Shown here: in pieces, positions 39,460 through 49,202 of the stretch | How the letters are laid out: every line of letters begins with the position of its first letter | How positions within the stretch are numbered: the first letter of the stretch is position 1 | DNA from: Lacibacter sp. | Lineage (GTDB): Bacteria > Bacteroidota > Bacteroidia > Chitinophagales > Chitinophagaceae | NCBI GenBank assembly: GCA_046297415.1 | Contig: JBKBIL010000003.1 | Location: forward strand, 193,070-257,069 | Direction: 5' to 3' | DNA: 64,000 nucleotides | Translations under genes and position numbers: made by a program | The notes under the pieces: generated by a model | What the model was told of the DNA's origin: nothing | What the model saw: only the letters and a program-made list of their open reading frames with translations | Databases searched by the model: none

Positions 39460-41862
39460 ATGTCCGAAAAACAAATGGATTTATTTCCGCAGGAAGAGTC
39501 GGCCGGTTCCCGTTTGCTGACGTTTAAAGAAATCCTGTTTAAGTATATATCGCACCTGCCCCTGTTTTTCTTTTCCATGGGCGTGGCCTTGCTGGTTGCC
39601 TGGGCCTACCTGCGCTGGGCAACACCTGTGTACAGTGTGAGTTCGGGCATGATTGTAAAGCAGGAAACGGCAGCTAATATCAAAGGCGGCGATAAGTTCA
39701 GCAGCATATTTGAATCGGCAGACAAACTCAACCTGCAGGATGAGATGGAACTCATCAAGTCCAAAGAATTCAATATTCGGGTTGCCGAAAAATTAAAGCT
39801 AAACAATGTTTACATTGAACATGGCAAAGTGCGCAGCAGTGAAATATACCGGTACAAACCTTTTTATGTGGAAGTGGTGCAAATTGCCGACAGTTCGCAG
39901 TCGTATTCGTTTGACATACAGTTGCTCACGCCCCGCACGTTTTTGCTGAATAAAGAAACCCGGCCCCGTACGTTTTTCAGTAACATTGAAGTAAAAGGGT
40001 CTGTGTTCCGTGTGTTGCCGATAGAAAATTTAGATGATCAGGAGATTGCCGGCCGCCGGTTCACCTACCGCTGGATTCCTTCCAAACAGGCTGCTGCTGA
40101 AATAGCCGGAGCCTTAAATATTCAGCAAAAAAACCGTAACTCGGCCGTATTGACGCTGAGCTTGCAAACCCTGAATCCCGAAAAGGGGATTGACATCCTC
40201 AACCAGGTAATGCGGGAATATGTACAGTACAGCTATGAAGACAAAAGCCGGGTTGCCAGCAATACCCTTAAGTTTATTAACGACCGCTTACGCAAACTGG
40301 AAGATGAGCTGGAACAGGTAGAAGGCAACCTGCAGGCCTTTAAAAAACGGGAGCAGTACATTGACCTCGAAGATCAAACCAAAACCTACCTCGAAAAAAT
40401 ACAGTCGGTTGACCAAGAGTTGAATAAGCAGGAAGTACAGTTGCGCATCCTCGACCTGCTGCAGGAATACCTGCAGGATAAAAAAAATGCCTTTAACCTT
40501 ACTCCTACCAATCTGGGTATTTCCGATCCTACGCTTGGATTTTTAATTACCGAATACAATCGTCTTATCATCAAACGCGAAGAAGAGCTGCAGGTAAATC
40601 GTCCCGGCAATCCGGTGGTGGCTGAGTTGGAGCGCTCCATTGAAAAAACCCGCCTGGCCATGCTCGAAAACCTGCGCAACATCCGCCAGTCGTACCTGGT
40701 GGCCCGCAATGCTTTGATTAAGCAAAGCGTACAATCGAAACAACAGATTTTTGACCTGCCCGAAAAAGAAAGTCAGATTCGGGAAATCAAGCGCCAGCAA
40801 CTCATCAAAAATGAGCTGTACAACTTTTTGTTGCAGAAGCGGGAAGAAACCGGCATTCAGTTGTCGTCCACCGTATCCAACGCCCGCATTTTTCAGGAAG
40901 CGGAAGGAGGAGGCGCGCCCATCTTGCCCAAACGAAAAAGTGCTTATACCCTGGCCTTGTTTTTTGGACTGCTGGTACCTGTTGTCATCATCCTCATTAA
41001 GGACATCATGAACGATAAGGTTACCACCAAAAACGACATCACCAAAAATACCCGCATGCCCATTATTGGCGAACTGGGCCATAACGATAAAGAACAAACA
41101 CTGGTGGTGGTTAAAAACAGTCGTACCATTTTGGCCGAGCAGTTCCGCATCATCCGCTCCAATCTGATGCAGCTGTTGAAGCGCGACCGCACGCCGGTAA
41201 TTCTCATTACTTCATCCTTCAGCGGCGAGGGCAAATCGTTCGCCGCCACCAACCTGGCCGCCTCCATTGCGCTTACCGGCAAAAAAGTGGCCTTGCTTGA
41301 GTTTGACCTGCGCAAACCCAAAGTGCTCACCGGCTTGGGCATGACCCGCGGCATGGGTATTACCCATTTTGTAGTAGGGAAAGTGCCGTTTGAAGATCTG
41401 CCCATGCGGGTGCCCGAACACGATAACCTCTATGTAATCGGGTGCGGCCCCACGCCGCCCAATCCGTCCGAAATGTTGCTGGAGCCCAAGATCAAAGAAC
41501 TGTTTGAACACCTGCGCAACCACTTTGATGCGGTCATCATCGACTCGGCTCCCGTAGGCCTGGTTAGCGATTCGTTTACCCTGGCTCAGTTTGCCGATGC
41601 CACATTGTTTGTAGTACGGCAGCGCTATACGTACAAGAAGCAACTGCAACTGCTGGATGAACTGTATCAGTATAAAAAATTTCCGGCACCCTCCATCATC
41701 GTAAACGACATTATTGTGGAAGGCTATAACAGCTACTACGGCTACGGTGGCTATGGTTACGGTTATGGTTATGGCTACGGTTATGGCTATGGCTATTACG
41801 ATGTGGACAGCAAGCGAACCAAATGGTACAATCAATTCCTGAAATTGATTGGTTTGAAATAA
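39460..41862 (+). CDS. wzc: Polysaccharide co-polymerase / BY-kinase
   Basis: Two TM segments, AEQFRIIRSN, SGEGKS Walker A, IIDSAP, C-terminal Tyr cluster YYGYGGYGYGYGYGYGYGYY. Confidence 0.92.
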   Translation: MSEKQMDLFPQEESAGSRLLTFKEILFKYISHLPLFFFSMGVALLVAWAYLRWATPVYSVSSGMIVKQETAANIKGGDKFSSIFESADKLNLQDEMELIKSKEFNIRVAEKLKLNNVYIEHGKVRSSEIYRYKPFYVEVVQIADSSQSYSFDIQLLTPRTFLLNKETRPRTFFSNIEVKGSVFRVLPIENLDDQEIAGRRFTYRWIPSKQAAAEIAGALNIQQKNRNSAVLTLSLQTLNPEKGIDILNQVMREYVQYSYEDKSRVASNTLKFINDRLRKLEDELEQVEGNLQAFKKREQYIDLEDQTKTYLEKIQSVDQELNKQEVQLRILDLLQEYLQDKKNAFNLTPTNLGISDPTLGFLITEYNRLIIKREEELQVNRPGNPVVAELERSIEKTRLAMLENLRNIRQSYLVARNALIKQSVQSKQQIFDLPEKESQIREIKRQQLIKNELYNFLLQKREETGIQLSSTVSNARIFQEAEGGGAPILPKRKSAYTLALFFGLLVPVVIILIKDIMNDKVTTKNDITKNTRMPIIGELGHNDKEQTLVVVKNSRTILAEQFRIIRSNLMQLLKRDRTPVILITSSFSGEGKSFAATNLAASIALTGKKVALLEFDLRKPKVLTGLGMTRGMGITHFVVGKVPFEDLPMRVPEHDNLYVIGCGPTPPNPSEMLLEPKIKELFEHLRNHFDAVIIDSAPVGLVSDSFTLAQFADATLFVVRQRYTYKKQLQLLDELYQYKKFPAPSIIVNDIIVEGYNSYYGYGGYGYGYGYGYGYGYGYYDVDSKRTKWYNQFLKLIGLK

Positions 41863-41871
41863 TCAATTTAC

Positions 41872-43665
41872 ATGTGCCGCATTGCCGGTATTTATAACCC
41901 CAACGAAAAAAATCTTGCCGCCCGCATGGTGCACATGCGGGATGCCATGCAACACGGCGGTCCCGATGATGCCGGCTTGTTTGTGCACGAGCAACTGCCG
42001 CTGGCACTGGGGCACCGGCGCCTGTCGCTGATCGATTTGTCGCCGGCCGGCCACCAGCCCATGCACTATGCCGAAAAGGGGCTCACCATTGTGTTTAATG
42101 GCGAGATTTACAACTTTCGGGAAATCCGAAACACCTTGCACCATTACGGCTACCGCTTCGTTTCGGAGTCCGACACCGAAGTGCTGCTCAAGGCCTATGC
42201 CCACTGGGGCGTAGCGGCCTTTTCGTATTGCAACGGCATGTTTGCCCTGGCCATTTGGGACGAGCCCCGACAGCAACTGATACTGGCCCGCGACCATGCC
42301 GGTATCAAACCCCTGTACTACAAGCTGGGGACCGACCACCTGATCTTTGCCTCCGAAATACGCGCTTTTGCAGCGGCGGGCATTCCACTGGCAGAAAATC
42401 CGGAATGGAAGGCGGCCTTTTTGGCCTTCGGCCACCTGCCCGAGCCGGTTACAACGTTGCACAATGTGGTTCCGCTTGAAAAAGGTACGGCCCTTGTCAT
42501 TCAACTGCCTTCGCTCGAGAGCAAAAAGCACAATTTTTTTACATGGCGTTTTACAGGGGCATTGCAGTTTGAAGAAGATGCGTTGCCGTTGCTATACACC
42601 ACCCTTACCGAAGCGGTAAAGCGGCATCTCATTGCCGATGCCCCGATTGGTGTTTTTTTAAGTGGAGGCATCGATTCCAGTTTGCTTTCGATACTGGCTG
42701 CCAAAACCCATCAAAAACAACTACACACATTATCCATCATATTTCAGGAAAAGAGGTTTTCTGAGGAAACGTATCAGCAACATGTTGTTGCCCTTATACG
42801 TTCGCAGCACCAACCCTACCTCGTTACCAAAAAAGATTTCAATGCGGCGCTGCCCGATGCCCTGCTGGCCATGGACCAGCCCTCGCTCGATGGCATTAAC
42901 ACCTACTTCATTTCCAAATACGCCCGGGCCTACGGCTTGAAAGCGGTGCTCTCCGGCCTGGGGGCCGACGAGCTTTTTGGCGGCTATCCCTCGTTTCGCC
43001 AGCAAAACAAAATGCGGCTGCTGCGCCTGGTACCCCGGCCCCTGCTGCAAACCCTGCAGTACCTGCCCGACCAGCGCCTGGGTAAACTCAGCTATGGCAA
43101 CGCCCGCCATGCCGTGCACGAATACCTGCTGCTGCGGGGAATCTTCACCCCCCGCGCCATTGCCGAACAGCTCGATGCCACCGAACAGGAAGTGCAGCAT
43201 TTGTTAGCTGCCATCAGCAGTCGCTACACCGTGAACGGTTTTGAAGGCGGCAACCGCATCAGCTGGCTCGAAACCAATTTTTATATGCAAAACCAGTTGC
43301 TGAAAGATGCGGACTACATGAGCATGTGGCACGGCCTGGAACTGCGGGTACCCTTTTTGGATAAGGAAGTGATGCAACTGGCGGGCGAAATCGCTCCGGG
43401 CCTGAAATTCAACCACAGCCTGCCCAAATACCTGCTGGTGCAGGCTTTTCGCAACGAGTTGCCCGAAGCCGTGTGGAACCGCAAAAAACAGGGCTTTACC
43501 TTCCCCTTTGAAGGATGGCTGAAAGAAAATGAATTTGTAGAGCCGGCCAACGCTGCCGAAAGCCGCCTCTACAACCGCTTTCGCGAAGGCAAACTTTCGT
43601 GGGGGCGCTACTGGTGCGCCCTGCTGATGAACCGTTTTCAACAAAAACAAGCCGTTGCCGCCTGA
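41872..43665 (+). CDS. asnB: Asparagine synthetase-like glutamine amidotransferase
   Basis: N-terminal MC, HGGPD, LGHRRLSLID, LSGGIDS, SGLGADELFGGY. Confidence 0.9.
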   Translation: MCRIAGIYNPNEKNLAARMVHMRDAMQHGGPDDAGLFVHEQLPLALGHRRLSLIDLSPAGHQPMHYAEKGLTIVFNGEIYNFREIRNTLHHYGYRFVSESDTEVLLKAYAHWGVAAFSYCNGMFALAIWDEPRQQLILARDHAGIKPLYYKLGTDHLIFASEIRAFAAAGIPLAENPEWKAAFLAFGHLPEPVTTLHNVVPLEKGTALVIQLPSLESKKHNFFTWRFTGALQFEEDALPLLYTTLTEAVKRHLIADAPIGVFLSGGIDSSLLSILAAKTHQKQLHTLSIIFQEKRFSEETYQQHVVALIRSQHQPYLVTKKDFNAALPDALLAMDQPSLDGINTYFISKYARAYGLKAVLSGLGADELFGGYPSFRQQNKMRLLRLVPRPLLQTLQYLPDQRLGKLSYGNARHAVHEYLLLRGIFTPRAIAEQLDATEQEVQHLLAAISSRYTVNGFEGGNRISWLETNFYMQNQLLKDADYMSMWHGLELRVPFLDKEVMQLAGEIAPGLKFNHSLPKYLLVQAFRNELPEAVWNRKKQGFTFPFEGWLKENEFVEPANAAESRLYNRFREGKLSWGRYWCALLMNRFQQKQAVAA

Positions 43666-44806
43666 GCCCACATACCGGTTGCACGTGTTGCTGTTAACCG
43701 CCTTTGGCCATACCGGCGGTATTGAAAAGTTTAACCGGGCCCTGCTGCATGCCTTTAGCCGACCGGCCATCTCAAAAAAAATGCAGGTTACTGCCGCTGC
43801 CCTTTACGATGTTACGGCCGATAAGCGGTACACCGGTACTCTTGCGTATAACACCGGCAAAGGCAACCGGGTAGCCTTTGTGCTGTTGCAGTTGCTGCGT
43901 GCGCTGCGCAGCAGCGAACTGGTGCTTACCCACCTCAACCTCGCCCCCGTGGCGCTGGCATATAAATGGCTGCAACCGCGTAAACGCCTTACCGTGGTGT
44001 GTCATGGATTGGAAGTGTTTGCACCCGTTACGGGCGTCAAAAAAATGGTATTGCAAAAGGCCGACCGTATTTTGGCCGTGAGCCGCTATACCCGCGGCCA
44101 ACTGGTTGCATTGCAGGGCATACCCGAAGAAAAGATTACCGTGTTTCCCAACACCCTCGATCCGTTTTTTAAGCTGCCGCAACAATTTGAAAAACCCGCT
44201 TACCTGTTGCAACGCTACGGCCTTGCTGCCAACCAGCCTCTCTTGTTTACCCTTACCCGCCTCAACAGTGCCGAAGGATATAAGGGCTACGATGTGGTGC
44301 TGCAGGCGCTGACCCTGTTGCGCAGCGAAGGCCGGGTTATTACCTACCTGCTTGCCGGCAAAGCCGATGAAACGGAGCGTGGGCGTATGGAAACGATGAT
44401 AGAACAACTGGGTTTGCAGCAGCAGGTCATCATGCCCGGCTTTATTGCCGATGAAGAGGTAACCGATCATTACCTGCTTGCCGATGCCTATGTGATGCCC
44501 AGCAAAGGCGAGGGGTTTGGCATTGTGTATCTGGAGGCCATGGCCTGCGGGCTTCCTGTGATTGCCGGTAATAAAGACGGAAGTACCGAGGCTTTGCGGT
44601 TTGGCGAATTGGGCACCCTGGTTGACCCTGATTACCCTGTTGCAGTAGCTGCCGCTATCCGTAACGTGTTACAACAGCCCCGCCAACCCCATACCATACA
44701 GGCCAACATGCTGAGGCATTTTTCTTTTCAACGGTTTGAGGAACGGGTGGAGCGGGTATTTACTAGTGGTATTGCAAAACAACAAAACGCTTCGTTCAGA
44801 AATTGA
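43655..44806 (+). CDS. Glycosyltransferase family 4
   Basis: GGIEKF, YKGYD, EGFGIVYLEAMACG. Start codon uncertain. Confidence 0.88.
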   Translation: MPPEPTYRLHVLLLTAFGHTGGIEKFNRALLHAFSRPAISKKMQVTAAALYDVTADKRYTGTLAYNTGKGNRVAFVLLQLLRALRSSELVLTHLNLAPVALAYKWLQPRKRLTVVCHGLEVFAPVTGVKKMVLQKADRILAVSRYTRGQLVALQGIPEEKITVFPNTLDPFFKLPQQFEKPAYLLQRYGLAANQPLLFTLTRLNSAEGYKGYDVVLQALTLLRSEGRVITYLLAGKADETERGRMETMIEQLGLQQQVIMPGFIADEEVTDHYLLADAYVMPSKGEGFGIVYLEAMACGLPVIAGNKDGSTEALRFGELGTLVDPDYPVAVAAAIRNVLQQPRQPHTIQANMLRHFSFQRFEERVERVFTSGIAKQQNASFRN

Positions 44807-45105
44807 ATATCCCCCTCTGGGGGGGACTGAGGGGGAGGATTTACTAGAACCATTTCGTTTGCCTCCCTCCGACGCTAATGGTCGGAGTCCGTGACCCTAC
44901 ACACTCCGACGTTTCAGTCGGAGCTCGAAGCCCTCGGATAGGGGGACAGCCTTCTAAGTTGAACCTTTTGTAAATTATGAACATGCGTTTCATCGGTACA
45001 TTCTCTTGCATGAAATGATGCCTATAGCAAACACGCATCCAGGCCGAACGGAACTATCCCCCTCTGGAGGGGGACTGAGGGGGAGGATTTTTGAAACTGA
45101 TTTTC

Positions 45106-45489
45106 ATGCAAACCTCTGAGCACCATCATTACAATAAGAACCTTCGTCATTATGCTCGCGAACTCCGTGGCAATATGACTAAGGCAGAAGCTGTACTCTG
45201 GAAACATGTTTTAAGGGCAGGTATGATGAAAGGCTACACGTTTAATCGACAGCGACCTGTTTTAAATTTCATTGCTGATTTCATGTGTAAGGACTTAAAA
45301 CTTGTTATAGAAGTTGATGGTATTACACATCATGAGGAAAGCACTGTAATCAGAGATGAATTAAAAGACAAAGCGTTGAAAGCTGCCGGATTTTATGTGA
45401 TGCGTTTCAGTGATAATGAAGTACTGAATGGTTTAGAAGGAGTCAGAAGATCAATTCTTTCATGGATTGAAGAAAATGAAAATGGATAA
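45106..45489 (+). CDS. DUF559 / Vsr-like endonuclease, copy 1
   Basis: YARELRGNMTKAEAVLW, FNRQRPVLNFIADFMC, VIEVDGITH, GFYVMRF. Confidence 0.9.
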   Translation: MQTSEHHHYNKNLRHYARELRGNMTKAEAVLWKHVLRAGMMKGYTFNRQRPVLNFIADFMCKDLKLVIEVDGITHHEESTVIRDELKDKALKAAGFYVMRFSDNEVLNGLEGVRRSILSWIEENENG

Positions 45490-45688
45490 TGTTTTCGTTT
45501 GCCTCCCCCTACACCCCCTCGGATAGGGGGACAGCTTTCTAACCAGCAGCTTTTAAGTGATTAACATGCATTTCATCGGCACATGCTCTTTCACGAAATG
45601 ACACCTAGAGCAAACACGCATTCAGACCGAACAGAACTATCCCCCTCTGGAGGGGGACTGAGGGGGAGGATTTTTGAAACTGATTTTC

Positions 45689-46072
45689 ATGCAAACCTCT
45701 GAGCACCATCATTACAATAAGAACCTTCGTCATTATGCTCGCGAACTCCGTGGCAATATGACTAAGGCAGAAGCTGTACTCTGGAAACATGTTTTAAGGG
45801 CAGGTATGATGAAAGGCTACACGTTTAATCGACAGCGACCTGTTTTAAATTTCATTGCTGATTTCATGTGTAAGGACTTAAAACTTGTTATAGAAGTTGA
45901 TGGTATTACACATCATGAGGAAAGCACTGTAATCAGAGATGAATTAAAAGACAAAGCGTTGAAAGCTGCCGGATTTTATGTGATGCGTTTCAGTGATAAT
46001 GAAGTACTGAATGGTTTAGAAGGAGTCAGAAGATCAATTCTTTCATGGATTGAAGAAAATGAAAATGGATAA
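45689..46072 (+). CDS. DUF559 / Vsr-like endonuclease, copy 2 (identical protein)
   Basis: 583-bp tandem duplication of copy 1. Confidence 0.9.
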   Translation: MQTSEHHHYNKNLRHYARELRGNMTKAEAVLWKHVLRAGMMKGYTFNRQRPVLNFIADFMCKDLKLVIEVDGITHHEESTVIRDELKDKALKAAGFYVMRFSDNEVLNGLEGVRRSILSWIEENENG

Positions 46073-46476
46073 TGTTTTCGTTTGCCTCCCCCTACACCCC
46101 CTCGGATAGGGGGACAGCTTTCTAACCAGCAGCTTTTAAGTGATTAACATGCATTTCATCGGCACATGCTCTTTCACGAAATGACACCTAGAGCAAACAC
46201 GCATTCAGACCGAACGGAACTATCCCCCTTCGGAGGGGGACTGAGGGGGAGGATTTATGGAGGCAGACTCTCACCCATTCCGACAGGATCCGCGAATGAG
46301 AAATCCCATCCAGCCAGCAGATGTGCCACTAAAGAACAAATGACTCCAATCCGTTTCCATAACATGAGATTTCTCACCGGCAGATGCATGGCTATCGCCG
46401 TCCTGCCGTTTCGAAACAACGGTCAACAAAAGCGCACAACACGCAACATCTAACAATAACCTTTCTGCATTCACGC

Positions 46477-47499
46477 ATGTCTCATAAACCCTGCTTCCTG
46501 CTCGTCGGCTGCGGCGCCATTGGCGAACGGCATGCCCGGCTGGCGGCCGAACGCGGCCAACTGGTGGCGGTATGCGATGTGGATGAAAAAAAGCTCAAAG
46601 CTTTTACCAAAAGCTACGACTGCTACGGCTACACCGCACTTAGCGACATGCTCCGCAACGAAACCGCCGATGCCCTGCTGGTTTGCACCCCCAACGCCCT
46701 GCATGCGGCCCACAGCATGGCCGGACTCAAAGCCGGCTTGCACGTGTTGTGCGAAAAACCCATGGCGTTGCGAACGGCCGATGCGCAAAAAATGATTGCC
46801 GCGGCCAAAACAGCCCGCCGTCACCTCGTTATCGTAAAGCAGAACCGCTACAACCCGGCCGTATTGGCGGTAAAGCGCCTGCTCGACAAAGGCAGGCTCG
46901 GCACCATCAGCAGCATACAGATCAACGGCTTCTGGAACCGGCCCGAACGGTACTACCGGCAAAGCCCCTGGCGCGGAACGCTTGCCCTCGATGGAGGCAC
47001 CCTTTACACCCAGTTCAGTCATTTTGTGGATTTGCTGTACTGGTTTTTTGGTCCGCTAAAAGAGGTAAAGGGCTTTCGGGCCAACCGCCTGCACCGGGGC
47101 ATCATCCAAACCGAAGATACCGGCGTGTTTGCCTTCCTCACCCAAAAGGGCATACCCGGCACCTTTCATTACAGCGTTAACAGCGCCCGAAACAACTACG
47201 AAGGTTCGCTTACCATTTTGGCCGAAAAGGCAACCATCAAAATCGGCGGCCCGTACCTCAACACCATCAGCTATCAGCAACCGGTTGTAATCAGCGACAA
47301 GCAGCTCGAAGGTGCCGCGCTGCCCAATCAATACCCCGGCTACGAAGGCTCCATGAACAACCATGCACGGGTGTACGACGATTTTCTGAGCGTCATCGCA
47401 GGCAAAAAGAAAGATTATCTCTCCGGCGAAGAAGGCCTGCATACGGTACGCATGATAGAGCAGTTTTATAAAGTGGGGAGGGGAAGGAGTAGGGCGTAG
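46477..47499 (+). CDS. Gfo/Idh/MocA oxidoreductase (WbpB/WlbA-like), paralogue 1
   Basis: LVGCGAIG, LCEKPMA, KQNRYNP, DGGTLYTQFSHFVD. ATG at 46477. Confidence 0.88.
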   Translation: MSHKPCFLLVGCGAIGERHARLAAERGQLVAVCDVDEKKLKAFTKSYDCYGYTALSDMLRNETADALLVCTPNALHAAHSMAGLKAGLHVLCEKPMALRTADAQKMIAAAKTARRHLVIVKQNRYNPAVLAVKRLLDKGRLGTISSIQINGFWNRPERYYRQSPWRGTLALDGGTLYTQFSHFVDLLYWFFGPLKEVKGFRANRLHRGIIQTEDTGVFAFLTQKGIPGTFHYSVNSARNNYEGSLTILAEKATIKIGGPYLNTISYQQPVVISDKQLEGAALPNQYPGYEGSMNNHARVYDDFLSVIAGKKKDYLSGEEGLHTVRMIEQFYKVGRGRSRA

Positions 47500-47528
47500 G
47501 GTATAAGGCGTAGGGCAGGAGGTATAAG
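47494..47528. repeat. Short G-rich heptamer array
   Basis: AGGGCGT AGGGTAT AAGGCGT AGGGCAG... Confidence 0.65.
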
Positions 47529-47575
47529 ATCCTTCCTGGGTGAAGAGGAAACTGCGGGTAATCAACAAACATTAT

Positions 47576-47866
47576 ATGTTGCATCATTTATCAGACAGAC
47601 TTTTTTGGGATGTCAATCCGGCTTTACTGGATTGGGAAAAGGATATGCCCCTGATCATCACCAGGGTGGTAGAGAGAGGAACACTTGAAGAGTGGAGAGT
47701 CATTGAGCAACAATACGGGCTGCAGAAAATTGTTGCAGCAGCCAAAGAAATAAAATCACTGAACTATATCGCGGCTAATTTCCTTGCCCAGATATCAGGG
47801 ACACCTATCACTGAATTCCGATGTTACACTACCAGACAGTTGCACCGGCAACATTGGATTTACTGA
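47576..47866 (+). CDS. DUF6922-like small protein, usual partner of AbiEii-type nucleotidyltransferases
   Basis: LFWDVNP..LD....IITRVVERG...W, C-terminal FRCYT..Q...HW.Y; overlaps the AbiEii-like gene. Confidence 0.7.
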   Translation: MLHHLSDRLFWDVNPALLDWEKDMPLIITRVVERGTLEEWRVIEQQYGLQKIVAAAKEIKSLNYIAANFLAQISGTPITEFRCYTTRQLHRQHWIY

Positions 47867-48443
47867 AACTAATTGCAGCTGAACCTGCTTTTTCAACCCA
47901 CCGGCTGGTAGGTGGGACTGCATTAGCGCTGCAATACGGTCACAGGTTGTCGGTTGATCTTGACTTTTTCAGTGACAATCCGATGGAACATGAGGAAATT
48001 GTAGCATCCATCAGATCATTTAGCAGGCTTGAAATTACGTCCCGCTCAAAATTTATCAACAGCTTTTTTATCAATGATATAAAAGTAGATTTTGTTTCTT
48101 TACCCTACGCATGGCTCGAAGCTGCGGCTTTTGAAGATGAGATCGGATGGCAGGTATAAAGGATATTGCAGCTATGAAACTGGCTGCCATTACCAACAGG
48201 GGCTCAAAAAAAGATTTCATCGACATCTCACTGCTGATGAACGAATTGGGGCTCCGTCAAATGATGGACTGCTACCAGCAAAAGTATCCCGATGCAATGA
48301 ACATGATGGTACTGCGAAGCCTGGTATATTTTGAAGATGCAGAAGCTGAGGCAGATCCTGTGATGCTTATTCCTTACGACTGGAACAGTGTTAAAGCGCA
48401 AATAGTTGCAGAAACCAGAAAGTTATTAAGCGGTGAAGACTGA
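47821..48443 (+). pseudogene. AbiEii/AbiGii-family nucleotidyltransferase, frameshifted near 48145
   Basis: First frame has LVGGTALALQYGHRLSVDLDFF; second has KDIAAMKLAAITNRGSKKDFID. One extra base at ATC-GG-ATG would fuse them into a 207-aa protein. Confidence 0.8.
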
Positions 48444-48659
48444 TGAATTGATTTTGATTTCATCCGGCATTTTTGCTGAATGATTCGTTTCCATAGGATG
48501 AGAAAAGATGACTAAAACGACTAACGGGAAACGATGTACGACCATCGAACTCAGGTTTCCATAGCATGAAATTTCTCACCGGCAGCTTCGCGGCTATCGC
48601 CACCCTGCCAGTTCGAAAAGACGGTCTGATTGAAAACGCACAATGATTAAGAACCGCCC

Positions 48660-48735
48660 CGAAACCTAAACAACTAAACGACTCAACCTGACAGACGGAA
48701 GGAACTCAACCTTAAACCCCTCAAACCTTAAACCG
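48660..48735. repeat. C-rich heptamer-like array directly before a start codon
   Basis: AAACCTA AACAACT AAACGAC...AACCTTA AACCCCT CAAACCT TAAACCG ATG. Confidence 0.6.
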
Positions 48736-49185
48736 ATGACTCTCCACAACGCCTCCATCCGTAATATCACCTGCGGGCAGAACGTGGAAATTGTGCAGCC
48801 CTGCAACCTGTACGAGTGTACGTTGGGCGACGGGTGCTTTGTGGGCCCCTTCACCGAAATACAGAAAGGCGTAACCGTGGGCAGCCATACCCGCATCCAA
48901 AGCCACAGTTTTATTTGCGAAGGCGTAACCATTGGCAATAACTGCTTCATCGGGCACGGCGTGATGTTCATCAACGATACCTTTCGTGAGGGCCGGCCGG
49001 CCGGCGGCGATAAAAGCAAGTGGAAGCAAACACACATCGGAAACAATGTAAGCATCGGCAGCAATGCCACCATTTTGCCCGTGCGTATTTGCGACGGGGT
49101 GGTTATTGGGGCCGGCGCCGTGGTAACGAAAGACATTACCGAACCCGGTAAATATGCCGGCAATCCGGCACGAAGAATCGGGTAA
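48736..49185 (+). CDS. Hexapeptide-repeat sugar N-acyltransferase (WbpD/WxcM-like), paralogue 1
   Basis: GPFTEIQK, QSHSFICE, FIGHGVMFIND, IGSNATILP, YAGNPAR. Confidence 0.88.
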   Translation: MTLHNASIRNITCGQNVEIVQPCNLYECTLGDGCFVGPFTEIQKGVTVGSHTRIQSHSFICEGVTIGNNCFIGHGVMFINDTFREGRPAGGDKSKWKQTHIGNNVSIGSNATILPVRICDGVVIGAGAVVTKDITEPGKYAGNPARRIG

Positions 49186-49202
49186 AGTGCCTCTCAAGAA
49201 TC

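Larger units (their letters stand above)
44808..46256. repeat. Array of alternating GC-hairpin repeats A (4 copies) and inverted B (3 copies)
   Basis: A = TATCCCCCTCTGGAGGGGGACTGAGGGGGAGGATTT at 44808, 45055, 45638, 46221. B = TTTCGTTTGCCTCCCCCTACACCCCCTCGGATAGGGGGACAGC at 44853 (interrupted), 45493, 46076. Confidence 0.9.

Noticed and set aside
41731-41800. Hexamer GGYTAY repeat as a phase-variable tract
   Set aside because: It encodes the normal Wzc tyrosine cluster, is in frame and has mixed codons.
44808-46256. CRISPR array
   Set aside because: Repeats alternate in orientation, intervals are 100-580 bp and duplicated rather than unique, and no cas genes are present.
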